Assembly (NCBI GenBank): GCA_965655095.1
Contig: OZ296657.1
Location: 26,040,001 to 26,104,000 of the forward strand
DNA length: 64,000 bases
Direction of reading: 5' to 3'
Source of the DNA: Haplodiscus bocki
Lineage: Eukaryota
The notes beneath the pieces were generated by a model, which was not told where the DNA came from, did no database searches, and was given only the letters and a program-made list of their open reading frames with translations. Within the stretch, counting starts at the first letter, position 1, and each line of letters starts with the position of its first letter. A program made the translations under genes and the position numbers. This document shows positions 62,559-64,000 of this stretch, one piece after another.

Positions 62559-62887
62559 AATATTGAAGTGATGGATACATACAACTATTTAGTTATTCAT
62601 ACATTCATTGAAATTACGTGATATGACTTTTTATATTAGTATTTATACTTACAAATATAATTATTTAATACTTAATAGTTGTCCAAGATATTAATAAAAT
62701 CGAAATTACATTCTATTAAAGACAAACCAAAAAATAAACAAGAATTGAATAATACCAAACTAAATCTACCTCCAAATCTACATTCTTTTAAACAGAACTT
62801 ATTATCAGGAAATGTTTTTTCTAAAATATAATTATTTTTTATTGAATTGCGATTACCTGAAAAATTATCATTGAAATTTTAGGTGGT

Positions 62888-64000
62888 GTTTGTACTTTAT
62901 AATTGAGCTTAGAAGATTTTCAGTTATTAGAAAATGAACCATTTCATAATAGTATCATAAAAAGAGATTTTTAAAGAATTTATCACCAACAAGGAGCTCA
63001 ATTAAATAACAGTGATCAAAATATTGAATTTATTTTCGGAGATAATAACAATTTTCATCAAATAGGAGGTGCATATCTCGAATTTGATATAACAGTTCGT
63101 AGAGAAGATAATGCTAATTTTACTGATAATAGTCCCATAAGATTGACAAACAAGGCATTCGCGTGTTGTTTCAAAGAGACTCGTTTAGGTATAACATCAG
63201 GGAGTGATCTAGAACATAATAAATGCGTCGGCCCTGTATCAACTCTTTTGAGACTTTTAACTATCAAAGACGGTGATTTACTATCCCAGTTTGATAATAA
63301 TAATGAGGGTAACGGTAACGCTAATTTTGACTCTACTTCGTTGAAAAAAATGTTGATAAGTAATCATGATTTAGCTAATAAAGGGAAAAAAAGGACAATT
63401 AGCCTTAGAACCTGATTTCGGATTTTGTAAATCCTTCAAGAAAACTACAAAAATTTTAGGCTTTCATATAACAATCAGAACAGCTGATCTACAAAATATC
63501 ATTTTTACATCAATAGGTGATAACATTAATGTAACTGAAAGTAGTTTATATTTGTTCGTACCCACTCTAATTCCAAATACTGAAACTCGTTTCTTGTTTA
63601 ATGAATCTATCCGAAATAATTATAGAATATTTTTCGATGATTGGTATACTGCAAGAACAGTTATGTCTGATACAATAATTCAATTCGATACAGGAAGCGC
63701 TCAACAGGTCAATAGCCCAAAATACTTGATAGCATCTCACCAAACAGCAGCAAGATTAAATGCTCCTGATAAAAATATAAATGTATCAAGATTTGATAAT
63801 CTTAATGTAAGAAAATAGTTTGTAGAAATTGATGGAGTACAATATCTTTGTGATGGTGTTCTTACAAAGTCTGCTGAGAATGATTATATAGTTCATTATA
63901 AAGACTTAAAATTATTTTATAAAGTTTACGTTGGTGAAGAACTATTAAATCCCTATGTATCTCACCCCGAAAAAAAACTAAATATCCCGTACAAGTAATT
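62888..64000 (+). pseudogene. Major capsid protein, runs off the window
   Basis: NSIIKRDF*RIYHQQGAQLN..AYLEFDITVR..IRLTN..FKETRL..GSDLEH..LFVPTLIP..EIDGVQY. Confidence 0.8.

Larger units (their letters stand above)
56440..64000. mobile_element. Element D: younger Polinton/adintovirus-like element running off the window
   Basis: Longer ORFs; ATPase, coiled-coil gene, penton and MCP in series. Confidence 0.85.

Overview
An AT-rich eukaryotic window, probably from an invertebrate, with no recognisable host gene. It is almost entirely a nested cluster of decayed Polinton/Maverick (adintovirus-like) endogenous viral elements. At least four related elements can be traced from remnants of protein-primed DNA polymerase B, rve integrase, A32/FtsK packaging ATPase, adenain-type protease, major and minor capsid proteins and small conserved accessory genes. 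They are element C (~4.0-12.9 kb, partly duplicated at 1-2844), A (~15.0-33.7 kb), B (~37.1-54.3 kb) and a younger D (~56.4 kb to the end). A fragment of a different, classic Maverick family lies at 2.85-3.9 kb. Nearly all genes carry stops and frameshifts. Larger structures are an 8.64-kb-period duplication, a 687-bp insertion splitting a capsid gene, a ~3-kb inverted repeat and a ~2-kb direct repeat of terminal sequence. Best candidate for a new system: a ~255-nt, apparently Pol III-type structured RNA with covarying helices and a pseudoknot. It is conserved in the terminal regions of two divergent elements (37432-37690 +, 56725-56978 -). Second candidate: a strong TAT/ATA-directed A<->T mutational erosion of the older copies. 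All alignments were done by eye and pseudogene boundaries are approximate.
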